NCBI GenBank assembly: GCA_963801855.1
Contig: CAWDGK010000003.1
Span: forward strand, 45,066-109,065
Source: an uncultured Actinomycetes bacterium
GTDB taxonomy: Bacteria; Actinomycetota; Thermoleophilia; Gaiellales; Gaiellaceae
DNA length: 64,000 bases
Direction: 5' to 3'
The position numbers were made by a program, and so were the translations under genes. The notes under the pieces are model-generated. The model was not told where the DNA came from and made no database searches. It saw nothing but the letters and a program-made list of their open reading frames with translations. Positions 35,956 to 45,380 of this stretch are shown here, in pieces. Each line of letters starts with the position of its first letter. Positions within the stretch are counted from its first letter, which is position 1.

Positions 35956-37491
35956 ATGATCCTGGAGCGCGGAATCGTCCGCACGCTCGAGCCGTCCCTC
36001 CCGACCGCCTCCGCGCTGGCGATCGCCGGCGACCGGATCGCCGGCGGCGTCGGGACGCACGAGCGGGCTCTGCCGGGCCCCGAGCGGGTCGATCTCGGCG
36101 GCCGGTGCGTCGTCCCCGGTTTCTCGGACGCGCACGTCCATTTCCCGACCTGGGCTCTCGCGCAGCGGGAGGTCCGGCTCGAGGGTGTCGGGTCGGTGGA
36201 AGAGGCGGTGGCGCGAGTCCGTGACGGCCTCGGCTCGATTCGTGAGGGCGGCTGGCTTCGCGGCCGCGGCTGGCGCGACGCCGGCTGGCCGACACGGCCG
36301 ACGAGGGAGGCGCTGGACGAGGCCGCCGGCGACGTGCCGGTCGCGTTGCTCGCGCAGGATTCGCACTCGCTCTGGCTGAACTCGGCGGCGCTGGCGAGGG
36401 CGAATGGGAATCTCGAGGTCGAGGGTGGAGTCGTCGAGCGGGACGCCTCAGGTGAGCCGACCGGGATCCTCCGCGAGGAAGCCTGCTGGATCTTTCGCGA
36501 CCGCCACATCGAGATCGCCGATTCCGAGCACATCGAGGCCATGCGGGCGGGGCTGCGGATCGCGGCTTCCAGAGGCGTCACCGCGGTTCACGACAAGGAC
36601 GGCTGGATCGGCGCGCTGCGGTTCTGGCAGGCACTCGCCGCCGACAGCGCGCTGACGCTTCGCGTCTGGCAGTCGGCCCCCGCCGAGCAGCTCGAAGAGC
36701 TGAACGATCTCGGGATCCGAAGTGGCTTCGGCAACGACATGCTCCGGCTCGGCTACCTAAAAGCCTTCATGGACGGGACGCTCGGCTCGCAGACCGCGAG
36801 GATGCTCGATGGCACCGGCGTCCAGATCACGAGCAAGGAATTGCTGGTCGACATCGTTCGGCAGGCTGCCCCTGCCGGCTGGCCCGTCGCGGTTCACGCG
36901 ATCGGAGACCTCGCGAACCGAGAGGCGCTCGACGCCTTCGAGGAGACGCGCGAGGAGTGGGCGCCGCTCGGGCTTCGGCACCGCATCGAGCACGCGCAGC
37001 TCCTGGCGCCGGAGGATGTCGGGCGCTTCGCCGCGATCGGGGTCGCAGCCTCGGTCCAGTTCAGCCATGCGCCGTCCGACCGGGACATCGCGGACAGGTT
37101 CTGGGCGGGCAAGACCGACTGCGCCTACGCGTACCGGTCGTTGTGGGAATCGGGCGCGGTCGTCGTGAACGGCTCGGACGCGCCGATCGAAGAGCTCGAC
37201 CCGCTCGCGGGAATCCGAGCGGGCGTCCTTCGCACGCTCGACGAGCGCCCGGCCTGGCATCCCGAACAAACGCTGAGCGTGGAGCAGGCGTTCCACGCAA
37301 CCTGCGTGACCCCGGCCTGGCTCTCCTACGACGAGCACCGGCGCGGAAAGCTCATCCCCGGCTACCTCGCAGACCTCGTCGTGCTCGATCGCGATCCGTT
37401 CGCGCTCGACCCCGAGGAGCTGGCGGAGGTCCAGGTCGTTGCCACGATGCTCGGCGGCCGCTGGACGCACAACCCGCCGCCCTGGGACTAG
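35956..37491 (+). CDS. Amidohydrolase family 3 (YtcJ-like metal-dependent hydrolase)
   Basis: From ATG 35956 (MILERGIVRTLEP). It has the motifs PGFSDAHVHF, AVHAIGD and NGSDAPIE. The upstream part of ORF 34840..37491 is antisense to the FAD/Rieske gene. Confidence 0.85.
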   Translation: MILERGIVRTLEPSLPTASALAIAGDRIAGGVGTHERALPGPERVDLGGRCVVPGFSDAHVHFPTWALAQREVRLEGVGSVEEAVARVRDGLGSIREGGWLRGRGWRDAGWPTRPTREALDEAAGDVPVALLAQDSHSLWLNSAALARANGNLEVEGGVVERDASGEPTGILREEACWIFRDRHIEIADSEHIEAMRAGLRIAASRGVTAVHDKDGWIGALRFWQALAADSALTLRVWQSAPAEQLEELNDLGIRSGFGNDMLRLGYLKAFMDGTLGSQTARMLDGTGVQITSKELLVDIVRQAAPAGWPVAVHAIGDLANREALDAFEETREEWAPLGLRHRIEHAQLLAPEDVGRFAAIGVAASVQFSHAPSDRDIADRFWAGKTDCAYAYRSLWESGAVVVNGSDAPIEELDPLAGIRAGVLRTLDERPAWHPEQTLSVEQAFHATCVTPAWLSYDEHRRGKLIPGYLADLVVLDRDPFALDPEELAEVQVVATMLGGRWTHNPPPWD

Positions 37492-37497
37492 CCCCGC

Positions 37498-38840
37498 TCA
37501 GTCTTTGAGCTTCGCGAAGTCGCGGAAGAGCTCCTTCGCCGACTCGACTGCCAGTGGAATGTGGTCGACGCGAAGGCGCTCGTTCGGGGAATGGATGTTT
37601 CCCTCGGGCAGGTCGAAGCCCGTGATGATCGTGGGAATGCCCTTGCCGGCGAGCGCTGGCACGATCGGCAGGGTTCCGCCGACGCGGATCAGAAGCGGTC
37701 TCGCCCCCACGACCCGCTCGAACGCGTCCTGCCCCAGCCTGATCGCGGGCGAGTCGGGCGGAATCAGGCCCGGAGCGGCGCTCGACCAGCGCTCGACCTC
37801 GACATCTGCGCCCTCCGGTGCCGATTCCCGGAGAAGCCGCTCGAAGACCGGAGCGATCGCGTCGGGATCCTGTCCGGGTGCGAGCCGGATCGAGACGTTC
37901 GCCTCGGCGAAGACCGGCAGCACCGTCTTCTGAAGAGTCGGCTCGCCGCCGACGAAGCCGTTCACGGTCACCGCCGGCTCGCCCCAGGTTCGGGAGTAGA
38001 ACTCGTCAGCTGCACCCCTGTCCGACGGCCGCGCCCCGCCTTCCGCCAGCATCTCCGCTCCCGGCTCGAGCTCCTGCCAGGCGCTCTCCTCTTCCTCAGA
38101 GGGCGGCACAAGCCCCTCGCGAAGCGGCTCGGGCAGGAGCCCGTTCTCGCCCGGAAGAACGCCGCGAAGCGTTGCCAGCAGCGCGTCTGTCGAGCTGAGC
38201 GCGGCGCCGCCGAAAACGCCCGAGTGGAGATCACGCTCGCCTGTGCGCACGCGAACGTGGAAGTAGACGAGGCCGCGCGTGGCCACGTGGAAGACCGGCG
38301 CGCCCGGCCGGAGCATCGCCGAGTCGAAGATGACTGCCGCGTCCGCTCCCCGCTCGTCCTGCTCGATGAACTCGACGACCTGATGTCCGCCGGTCTCCTC
38401 TTCGCCGTCACACACGAACCGGACGTTCACCGGCAGCTCGCCGGCGCCGGCGAGCGTCTTCGGCCGCCTTCAGGAGACAGTAGAGCTGGCCCTTGTCGTC
38501 GGCGGTGCCGCGCGCATACAGCCAGCCGTCCCGAACCGTCGGCTCGAACGGGTCGCTCTCCCACGCCTCGAGCGGCTCGGGCGGCTGGACGTCGAAGTGG
38601 CCGTAACAGAGCACGGTCGGCGCGTCGTCAGCGCCCGACGACGCGCGAACCTCGCCAACGACGAGCGGAAACGTCGGAGTCTCCGACGAGCTCGGCCTCG
38701 CCGCCCATCTCCCGAATGAACGCGGCCACCCACTCGGCGGCCACGCGCACATCGTCCTTGCGCTCGGGGTCGGCGCTGATCGAAGGGATGCGGAGAAGCT
38801 CGGAGAGCTCCTCCATCCACTGCTGCGGAACGTCAGCCAC
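37498..38840 (-). pseudogene. M20-family dipeptidase/peptidase, split into three frames
   Basis: ORF 38628..38840 (LLRIPSISADPE...) runs into ORF 38408..38752 (LCYGHFDVQPPEP...ARGTADDKGQL) after an extra nucleotide near 38685 (CTC GTC [G] GAG ACT). That ORF then runs into ORF 37498..38430 (VNVRFVCDGEEETGG...) after an extra nucleotide near 38461 (GCG GCC [G] AAG ACG). Confidence 0.85.
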
Positions 38841-38871
38841 GACGGGCGAGTCTATTCAGTCGCCGCCGGCG

Positions 38872-38896
38872 CGGAACGGGCTTTGCCCGTTCCGCT
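38872..38896. terminator. Perfect hairpin, 11 bp stem and 3 nt loop (gcggaacgggc ttt gcccgttccgc)
   Basis: Read directly from the sequence. It lies between the M20 peptidase start and the sigma factor 3' end. There is no U-tract. Confidence 0.5.
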
Positions 38897-38928
38897 CCCA
38901 AGAACTTTCGCCGATCCGCCTCCGGTAC

Positions 38929-40128
38929 TCAGCGGTCATCCGCGCCGCGCGGCGCGAGAGCGCCGCCCGGCTTCCGGACCGTCGCGGAAAGTCGCAAGAC
39001 TTTCCGCGAAAGCTCAGGCGACTCGCAGCTTCTGCGAGTCGCTGAGAGCGCCCGAAGCTTCTTCAGGCTCTGGTTCTCGATCTGCCGGATCCGCTCGCGG
39101 GTGACCTGGAACGTCCGGCCGACCTCGTCGAGCGTTCGCGGCTGCTCGCCGTTCAACCCATAGCGAAGCTCGAGCACCCGCCGCTCTCGCTCGGAGAGCG
39201 TGTGGAGGATCTTCACGAGCGCCTCCTTGCGCAGGACGTCCTCGGCAACCTCGTCGGGCTGGGGAGCCAGCTCGTCGGTGATGAAGTGCCCGAACTCGGA
39301 CTCCTCGTCGTCACCGACCGGCTTCTCGAGCGAGATCGGCGTCTGCGCACTGCGCCGGATCTGGTCGACCTCGTCGATCGTGAGGTCGAGCTCCAACGCA
39401 ATCTCGTTCGAGGACGGCTCGCGGCCGCGCTCGGCCCGGAGCTTGCGCTCGGTGCGAAGGATCTTGTTCAGCTTCTCGACCACGTGAACCGGCATGCGGA
39501 TCGTGCGCGCCTTGTCGGCGAGCGCCCGCGCGACTGCCTGGCGGATCCACCACGTCGCATACGTCGAGAACTTGAAGCCCTTGCGGTGGTCGAACTTCTC
39601 GGCGGCGCGAACGAGGCCGATCGTGCCCTCCTGGATCAGGTCGAGGAACGGCAGCCCCTGGTTCCGGTAGCGCTTCGCGATCGAGACGACGAGCCGGAGG
39701 TTCGCCTCGACCATCTCCTGCTTGGCCCGATGGTCGCCGCGCTCGATCCGCTTCGCGAGCTCGATCTCCTGAGCGGCGGTCAGCAAGCTCACCTTCCCGA
39801 TGTCCTTGAGGAAGAGCTGCAGCGCCTCCGTGGAGACCTCGCGCTCGTCCACCTCCGCCTCGACTTCCTCGGCGGCCTTCTCGACGACCTCGATGTGCAG
39901 CTCGTCGAGCTTGACGTGCAGCTCGTCGACCTGGGCCGGCTCGAGCTCGAGCTCGTCGACCGCGACGGCCAACTCCTCGGAGGCCAGCTGCCCCGTCTCC
40001 TGTGCGCTCGCGATGAGCGCCTCGAAAATCCCCTCGGCGGGCGGTGCCTGCCCCGCGACTCCCACTTGCTCCACCCGGTACCCCTCTCGTTCCGGTCGGT
40101 TCTCTTTCCCCAAAACCTGCTCGAACAT
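38929..40128 (-). CDS. rpoD: Primary-type sigma-70 factor (RpoD/SigA-like); 3' end uncertain
   Basis: Matching stretches are region 1.2/2 [25 protein letters not shown], region 2.4 [14 protein letters not shown], region 3 [12 protein letters not shown], and region 4.2 [21 protein letters not shown] placed the start at ATG 40128 (MFEQVLG), which is preceded by GGAAGGA. The 41 aa tail after KKLRAL runs through two hairpins. An alternative frame would end at 39015 (SDSQKLRVA*). Confidence 0.88.
   Translation of the reverse strand: MFEQVLGKENRPEREGYRVEQVGVAGQAPPAEGIFEALIASAQETGQLASEELAVAVDELELEPAQVDELHVKLDELHIEVVEKAAEEVEAEVDEREVSTEALQLFLKDIGKVSLLTAAQEIELAKRIERGDHRAKQEMVEANLRLVVSIAKRYRNQGLPFLDLIQEGTIGLVRAAEKFDHRKGFKFSTYATWWIRQAVARALADKARTIRMPVHVVEKLNKILRTERKLRAERGREPSSNEIALELDLTIDEVDQIRRSAQTPISLEKPVGDDEESEFGHFITDELAPQPDEVAEDVLRKEALVKILHTLSERERRVLELRYGLNGEQPRTLDEVGRTFQVTRERIRQIENQSLKKLRALSATRRSCESPELSRKVLRLSATVRKPGGALAPRGADDR
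38982..39009. terminator. Perfect hairpin, 12 bp stem and 4 nt loop (tcgcggaaagtc gcaa gactttccgcga)
   Basis: Read directly from the sequence. It lies inside the predicted C-terminal tail of the sigma factor ORF. Confidence 0.5.
39018..39042. terminator. Perfect hairpin, 11 bp stem and 3 nt loop (gcgactcgcag ctt ctgcgagtcgc)
   Basis: Read directly from the sequence. It lies just after the region 4.2 coding sequence of the sigma factor. Confidence 0.45.
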
Positions 40129-40206
40129 GTCGCATCCTTCCAAAGGACCTCCGGAACCGCCATAGGCCGACCGGCCCATCTTTCGGTTCGCTGGTCCTAT
40201 CGTCGA

Positions 40207-41163
40207 TCAGCGTTCTTTCACGACTTCTAGACGGTCGAGGAGCCGTTTTGCTTCCAGGGAGAGCGGAGGGCCCAGGCGTGTCGCCCGCGTCAGTTGGCGC
40301 GTCGCCTCCGGCACGTCGCCGAGCCAGAGGAGCAGGAGCCCGAGGTGGAAACGCACGGTGCCCGCCCTCGGAAAGCGCCTCGCGAGCGGGCCGAGGCGGG
40401 AGAACGCCCGTTCGGGATGCTCCTTGTCGAAGCGGCCGACAGCATTGGCGACCTGCGCGTCCGGGCTCTCGGGCGCCAACCGGGCCGCAGCGGTGAACTG
40501 CCGGAGCGCCGAGACGGGCCGGTCGAGCCGCTGGAGCGCGACCCCGAACAGGAGCTTTGCGCGGGCGTCGGGCTCTCGGGCCATGCGCCGAAGCGCTTTG
40601 AACTGACCCGGAGCGTCGAGCCGGCTCACCGACGCCGGCCCCCGGAAGCCGGGGACGAAGGTCGGCAGGCCGGGTGGAAACCGCCGGAAGAGCAGATCGC
40701 CGGCTCGTACGGCGAACGCCGTATCCGGATCCCGCTCCCGGGCTGCGCGCCAGGCCTCGACGGCGCCGTTCCCGTCGCCGCTCCAGAAACGTGCCAAACC
40801 GAGGTGGAACTGCACGGCGCCGCTCCGCGGGTGAAGCACGGCAAGCTCCTCCAACCGCTCGAGGCTCCCCTCGGGCCAGGCGGAGATCGCCTCGGCTGCC
40901 TCCGCCTGAAGAGAGCCCTGCCCGGCGAAGAGGCGGCGAGCCTGCTCGCGGCGGCCGGCCGAGTGAAGCTGACCGGCTCGCCGCAGTGCCCGGGCCTCGG
41001 GATCAGTGCGGACGCCGAGGTCGAGCAGGACGGGCGGTGCGCCTCGAGGCCTCGCGGCCTCCGGCTCGTCGTCTCCACTGAAGTACGTCAGCCCGCCGGC
41101 GACCCCGAAGGCCGCGGCAAGGGCCGTCGCGAGGACGAGCAGCACACGTGAGCGCCGGGTCAT
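40207..41163 (-). CDS. Membrane-anchored TPR-like hypothetical protein
   Basis: 318 aa. It has an N-terminal TM segment (VLLVLATALAAAFGVAGGL) and a helical repeat-like remainder. Confidence 0.65.
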   Translation of the reverse strand: MTRRSRVLLVLATALAAAFGVAGGLTYFSGDDEPEAARPRGAPPVLLDLGVRTDPEARALRRAGQLHSAGRREQARRLFAGQGSLQAEAAEAISAWPEGSLERLEELAVLHPRSGAVQFHLGLARFWSGDGNGAVEAWRAARERDPDTAFAVRAGDLLFRRFPPGLPTFVPGFRGPASVSRLDAPGQFKALRRMAREPDARAKLLFGVALQRLDRPVSALRQFTAAARLAPESPDAQVANAVGRFDKEHPERAFSRLGPLARRFPRAGTVRFHLGLLLLWLGDVPEATRQLTRATRLGPPLSLEAKRLLDRLEVVKER

Positions 41164-41207
41164 GAGGGCTCACGGTATCCCGATGGCTCGCGGGCTATCC
41201 TCGCCTC

Positions 41208-42345
41208 ATGGCCGGAACGACACGCCGCCGGGAGATCTCGGCGCGCGACACGCCCCAGTCCGTCGAAGGGAGCGGTGCGCTCCTCGTGGACGTTCGAAGC
41301 GACGAGGAGTGGCGGCTCGCCCACATCCCCGGCGCGATCCACGTCCCGCTGTCGCAGCTCGAGGCAAGGCTCCCCGCGGTCGCGCCCGACCGCAAGCGCC
41401 CGATCGTCACCTACTGCGCCGTCGGCGCCCGCTCGCTGCACGCACTCCCGACCCTCGACGAGCTCGGCTACGAGGACGCCGTCTCGATGGCGGGGGGAAT
41501 CGTCGCCTGGCAGGAGCTCGGCTATCCGGTCGAGTCGGAGAGCGGCCTCGACGCGGAGAAGCGCGAGCGCTACAGCCGGCATCTGCTGATCCCCGAGGTC
41601 GGCGAAGAGGGACAGGCAAAGCTGCTCGAGACGAGCATCCTCCTGATCGGCGCCGGAGGCCTCGGGTCGCCGTCGGCGCTCTACCTCGCCGCAGCCGGAG
41701 TCGGGCGGATCGGGATCGTGGACGACGACGTCGTCGACTCCTCCAACCTCCAACGGCAAGTCCTGCACTCGACCGCGGGCCTCGGGGAGCTCAAGGCGCG
41801 CTCGGCCAAAGCCGCGCTCGAGGCGCTGAACCCGGACGTCGACGTCGTGACCTACGAGGAGCGGCTGACTTCGGAGAACGTCGACCGGATCCTCGGCGAG
41901 GGCTGGGATCTCGTGGTCGACGGGGCCGACAACTTCCCGACCCGGTATCTGCTGAACGACGCCTCCGTCTGGCACGACATTCCGATCGTCCACGGGTCCA
42001 TCTATCGGTTCGAGGGCCAGGTCACGGTGTTCAAGCCGCGCGAGGGCCCGTGCTACCGGTGCCTCTTCCCGCAACCGCCGCCACCCGAGCTGGCACCGAG
42101 CTGCGCGGAGGGAGGGGTGCTTGGGTGTTCTCCCCGGCGTGGTCGGCTCGCTGCAGGCAAACGAGGCGCTGAAGCTTGCACTCGGGATCGGCGAGCCGGC
42201 GATCGGACGGCTCCTGCTCTTCGACGCACTCGCGGCGCGCCTCGACGAGGTGCAGGTCCGGCGTGACCCCGACTGCCCTGTCTGCGGTGTCGAGCCGACC
42301 ATCACCGAGTACGTCGACTACGCAGCGTTCTGCTCGGCGCGATGA
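41208..42345 (+). pseudogene. E1-like ThiF/MoeB adenylyltransferase with N-terminal rhodanese domain (MoeZ-like); frame disruption near 42125
   Basis: It has a rhodanese domain (LLVDVRSDEEWRLAHIPGAIHV...YCAVGARS), the ThiF nucleotide loop LLIGAGGLGSP, and CYRC. After SCAEGGVLG the frame changes (CTT GGG [T] GTT CTC) into ORF 42121..42345 (VLPGVVGSLQANEALKL...DPDCPVCG). Confidence 0.85.
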
Positions 42346-42376
42346 CGACGGTCCCGTCGACGGAGCACGTGGTCTG

Positions 42377-42751
42377 GTGGTAGTTCCGGTTGAGATTCGG
42401 GAGGCGCTGACCGCTCACGCGAGACAGGAGGCGCCGAACGAGGCCTGCGGCCTGGTGGCGTTCCGCGACGGCGTCGCCGAGCGCTACCTACCCGGCGAGA
42501 ACGCCCTGGCAAGCCCATATCGCTTCGAGCTTCGCCCGCATGATCCCGCGGATTTCTTCCTCGAGGACGAAGGCTACGAGCTGGCCGTCTTTCACTCCCA
42601 CCCGGAGAGTGAGCCCCGACCTTCGCGGACGGACGTCGAGAACATCGGGCTCTGGGAGGGCCGTCCGTATCTGATCCTTCGGGCCGATACGCAGGAGCTC
42701 GCAGGCTGGCGGATCGCAAACGGCGGTATCGAGGGGCTGGCGATCGAGTGA
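42377..42751 (+). CDS. JAB/MPN (JAMM) metalloprotease, Mec+-like
   Basis: It has EACGLV and the JAMM motif HSHPESEPRPSRTD. The start is uncertain (GTG 42377 chosen). Confidence 0.8.
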   Translation: MVVPVEIREALTAHARQEAPNEACGLVAFRDGVAERYLPGENALASPYRFELRPHDPADFFLEDEGYELAVFHSHPESEPRPSRTDVENIGLWEGRPYLILRADTQELAGWRIANGGIEGLAIE

Positions 42752-43896
42752 GCCGCGCGGCCGCCATCGTGGGCGCCGGGATCTTCGGCGCCTCTCTTGC
42801 CCATCGCCTCGGACGCGATGGCTGGGACGTCTCCCTCTACGAGCGCCACGAGCCGGGCCATGAGCGCTCGGCCTCGGGCGGCGAGTCGCGGCTCATCCGG
42901 TTCTCACACGGCTCCGACGCGTGGTACACCCGCTCGGCCTGGAGGGCGCGGGAGCTCTGGCGGGAGCTGGAGGCCGAGACCGGCCGGGACCTCTTCGTGG
43001 AGTGCGGAGTCGTGTGGTTCGCCCGCTCGGAAACGGGCTGGGAGGCCGACAGCGAGCGTGCACTGCACAAGGAAGGCATCCCGGTCGAGCGCCTCGGGCC
43101 CGACGAGGGCCGCCGGTTCTTCCCGAGCTTCGACCAGGGAGACCTCGAGTTCATCGTGCACGAGCCCCAGGCGGGCGTCCTGCGCGCAGCCGAGGCGACC
43201 CGCGCCACCGTCGCGGCGGCGCAGGCGGCAGGCGTCCGCGTCCTGCACGAGGAGGCGAAGCCCGGTCGCATCGAAGCCGATGTCGTCGTGTGGGCCTGCG
43301 GAGCCTGGCTTGCTTCGCTCTTCCCCGAGCTCGTTCCACTGAGGGTCACGCGCCAGGACGTCATCTTCTTCGGTGCAGACGACGGCTGGTCCACACCCGG
43401 GGTCCCCGGCTGGGTCGACTACGACCGGGCCATCTACGGCGTCGGGAGCCTCGACGGGATCGGTTTCAAGGCCGCGCCCGACGCGGAGGGAGCGCCGTTC
43501 GATCCGGAGAGCGACGACCGGGTCGGCGATCCCAGGAGCGAAGAGACCGCGCGCCGGTATACGGCTGAACGCTTTCCGGCCCTCGCAAGCGCTCCACTCG
43601 CCCTCGCGAAGGTCTGCCCCTACTCCCTCACGCCCGACACCCACTTCCTCCTGACCCCGCACCCGGACCTGTCCGCCAACTGGATCTTCGGCGGAGGCTC
43701 CGGCCACGGCTTCAAGCACGGCCCGGCGCTCGCCGAGCATGCGGCCGGTGTGATCTCGGGCGTGGAGGAGCCGGACGAGCGGTTCGGGCTCGGCCCGCGA
43801 GACCGCGGACCGAGCCTGCGAACAGCCGGAACGATCTACTTCACCGTGAAGGAGCCCTTCATGAAGCCTGCGTGCGGCGTGCACACGTACGTGTAG
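42748..43896 (+). CDS. FAD-dependent oxidoreductase (DAO family, sarcosine/glycine oxidase-like)
   Basis: The GTG at 42748 overlaps the JAMM stop (GTGA). It has AAIVGAGIFGASLA and GGGSGHGFKHGP. The last ~20 codons overlap the convergent cupredoxin gene. Confidence 0.8.
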   Translation: MSRAAAIVGAGIFGASLAHRLGRDGWDVSLYERHEPGHERSASGGESRLIRFSHGSDAWYTRSAWRARELWRELEAETGRDLFVECGVVWFARSETGWEADSERALHKEGIPVERLGPDEGRRFFPSFDQGDLEFIVHEPQAGVLRAAEATRATVAAAQAAGVRVLHEEAKPGRIEADVVVWACGAWLASLFPELVPLRVTRQDVIFFGADDGWSTPGVPGWVDYDRAIYGVGSLDGIGFKAAPDAEGAPFDPESDDRVGDPRSEETARRYTAERFPALASAPLALAKVCPYSLTPDTHFLLTPHPDLSANWIFGGGSGHGFKHGPALAEHAAGVISGVEEPDERFGLGPRDRGPSLRTAGTIYFTVKEPFMKPACGVHTYV

Positions 43897-44192
43897 GTGC
43901 CCTTCTTGAGAGTCAGGGTCACCGTCTTCGTGCCCTTGAAGCCGATCCCGGTGATGACCTTGTTCATGCCGGGGCCCTTGAGCCGGAAGTCGTGGATGCC
44001 CGACTTGTCGCTGACGGTGATCGTGTAGCTACCGGCCGGAAGCGTCCTGACCTTGGCGCCGGCCTTCTTCAGCGTGATCGTGAAGCCCGGGCCCGTCGTC
44101 CCTGCCAGTTTCGTCGCGGTCGTGCCGGCGGGTGCAGAGAGCGGCACCGTGAGGGCCAGAGCCGCCGCGATGGTGATGAATGCTCGTTTCAA
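43836..44192 (-). CDS. Secreted cupredoxin-like (type 1 copper) protein
   Basis: It has the signal peptide MKRAFITIAAALALTVPLSAPAG and putative ligands IHDF and YVCTPHAGFMKG (Cys-x2-His-x3-Met). Confidence 0.75.
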   Translation of the reverse strand: MKRAFITIAAALALTVPLSAPAGTTATKLAGTTGPGFTITLKKAGAKVRTLPAGSYTITVSDKSGIHDFRLKGPGMNKVITGIGFKGTKTVTLTLKKGTYTYVCTPHAGFMKGSFTVK

Positions 44193-44227
44193 TTGACTCC
44201 TTCGGTTCGAGAGAGACGTTTTGAGTT

Positions 44228-44629
44228 CTACGTGTCGGACACGCGTTCCGGATGTCGCTGCCGTGCTGCATCGTGGATCGCGGCGACGATGTCGTCCAGC
44301 TCCTCGTCCTTCGTGAGGCAGGCGACGGCGCCCGCCTCTTTGAGCGCCTCGACCTCACGAGGGTTCGCCGAGGCGGTCAGACAGACGACTGCGACCTCGG
44401 GGCACTCGCGATGGAGCACCGCGGTCGCCTGCACGCCGTCGAGGCCGGGCAATCGGTAGTCCATCAGCACGACGTCGGGCGAGTGCTTCCGGCACAGGTC
44501 GACCACGTCGTTGCCGTTCTCGATCGACGCGACGACCAGGACGTCGGTGCGCATCCCCAGGAGTAGCTCGAGCGCCTCGCGGAAGACGCGGTTGTCCTCG
44601 ACGAGCGCGACGCGAACGGGCCGCGTCAG
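44228..44629 (-). CDS. Stand-alone response-regulator receiver (REC) domain protein
   Basis: The in-frame upstream sequence reads (L)[49 protein letters not shown]. The only start-like codon is CTG at 44629, which overlaps the rpmB stop (CTGA). The ATG at 44554 would truncate the domain. Confidence 0.7.
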   Translation of the reverse strand: MTRPVRVALVEDNRVFREALELLLGMRTDVLVVASIENGNDVVDLCRKHSPDVVLMDYRLPGLDGVQATAVLHRECPEVAVVCLTASANPREVEALKEAGAVACLTKDEELDDIVAAIHDAARQRHPERVSDT

Positions 44630-44817
44630 AGCGCTTTTTCGACCTTGCCCGCCTTGAGGCAGCGGGTGCAGACGTACGCGCGGGCGGGCTTGCCCTTCAG
44701 GAGGATGCGAACGCGCTGGAGATTCGGGTCGAAGCGGCGCTTCGTGGCGACCATCGAATGGCTCCGGTTGTTCCCGAAACCCGGCTTCTTCCCACAGATC
44801 TCGCAGACTCTGGACAT
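44626..44817 (-). CDS. rpmB: 50S ribosomal protein L28
   Basis: The full sequence is [63 protein letters not shown]. Confidence 0.93.
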   Translation of the reverse strand: MSRVCEICGKKPGFGNNRSHSMVATKRRFDPNLQRVRILLKGKPARAYVCTRCLKAGKVEKAL

Positions 44818-44839
44818 CGGCGGAGGAGTCTAGCGACCC

Positions 44840-45379
44840 TCAGCGCGCAGCCGCTCGGAGCTGGCCGAAGACGTCGGCCATCTCGAGCGCACCGCGCACG
44901 ACGTCTGCCGCACGGTCGATCCGGGCCTCGGCCTGCTCGATCGTCTCGGTCGTCAGGACGCCGAACGCAACCGGCACGCCCGTCTCGATCGCGGCCAGCT
45001 GCAGGCCGCTCGCCGCCTCCCCCGCAACGAAGTCGAAGTGCGGGGTCTCGCCGCGCACGACGCATCCGAGCGCCACGATGCATGCGTAGCGGCGGGTCTT
45101 CGCGAGGGCGATCGCCGCCAGCGGGAGCTCGAAGGCACCGGGAACCGGGACGATCGTCACAGCTTCGCGCGGGACGTTCGCCGCCTCCAGCTCCTCGAGC
45201 GCGCGCTCGAGGAGACGGCTCGTGATGTCGCCGTTGAAGCGCGCCACGACGATCCCGACAGACCGCTCGCTTCCCTCCGAGGAGCCGGTCAGCACCTGGT
45301 AGCCGGCAGGGATCTCGAGGCGACCCGGTGCGTGATCCGGCGGCCCCTCCCCTTCGGGCTCGACCTCCCGTTCCGGCAT
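44840..45379 (-). CDS. ribH: 6,7-dimethyl-8-ribityllumazine synthase
   Basis: It has VGIVVARFNGDITSRLL, VPGAFELP, ALGCVVRGETPHFDFV and FGVLT. I took the start at ATG 45379. A longer PE-rich N-terminus is possible (see findings). Confidence 0.88.
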   Translation of the reverse strand: MPEREVEPEGEGPPDHAPGRLEIPAGYQVLTGSSEGSERSVGIVVARFNGDITSRLLERALEELEAANVPREAVTIVPVPGAFELPLAAIALAKTRRYACIVALGCVVRGETPHFDFVAGEAASGLQLAAIETGVPVAFGVLTTETIEQAEARIDRAADVVRGALEMADVFGQLRAAAR

Positions 45380-45380
45380 T

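Noticed and set aside
42300-42380. Search for a ThiS/MoaD/CysO-like carrier ORF between the E1-like and JAMM genes, and on either side of the operon
   Set aside because: The gap is about 30 nt. The only short ORF there (MTTVPSTEHVVWW*) is 13 codons and does not end in Gly-Gly. No 60-100 aa ORF ending in GG is visible in 41164..43900.
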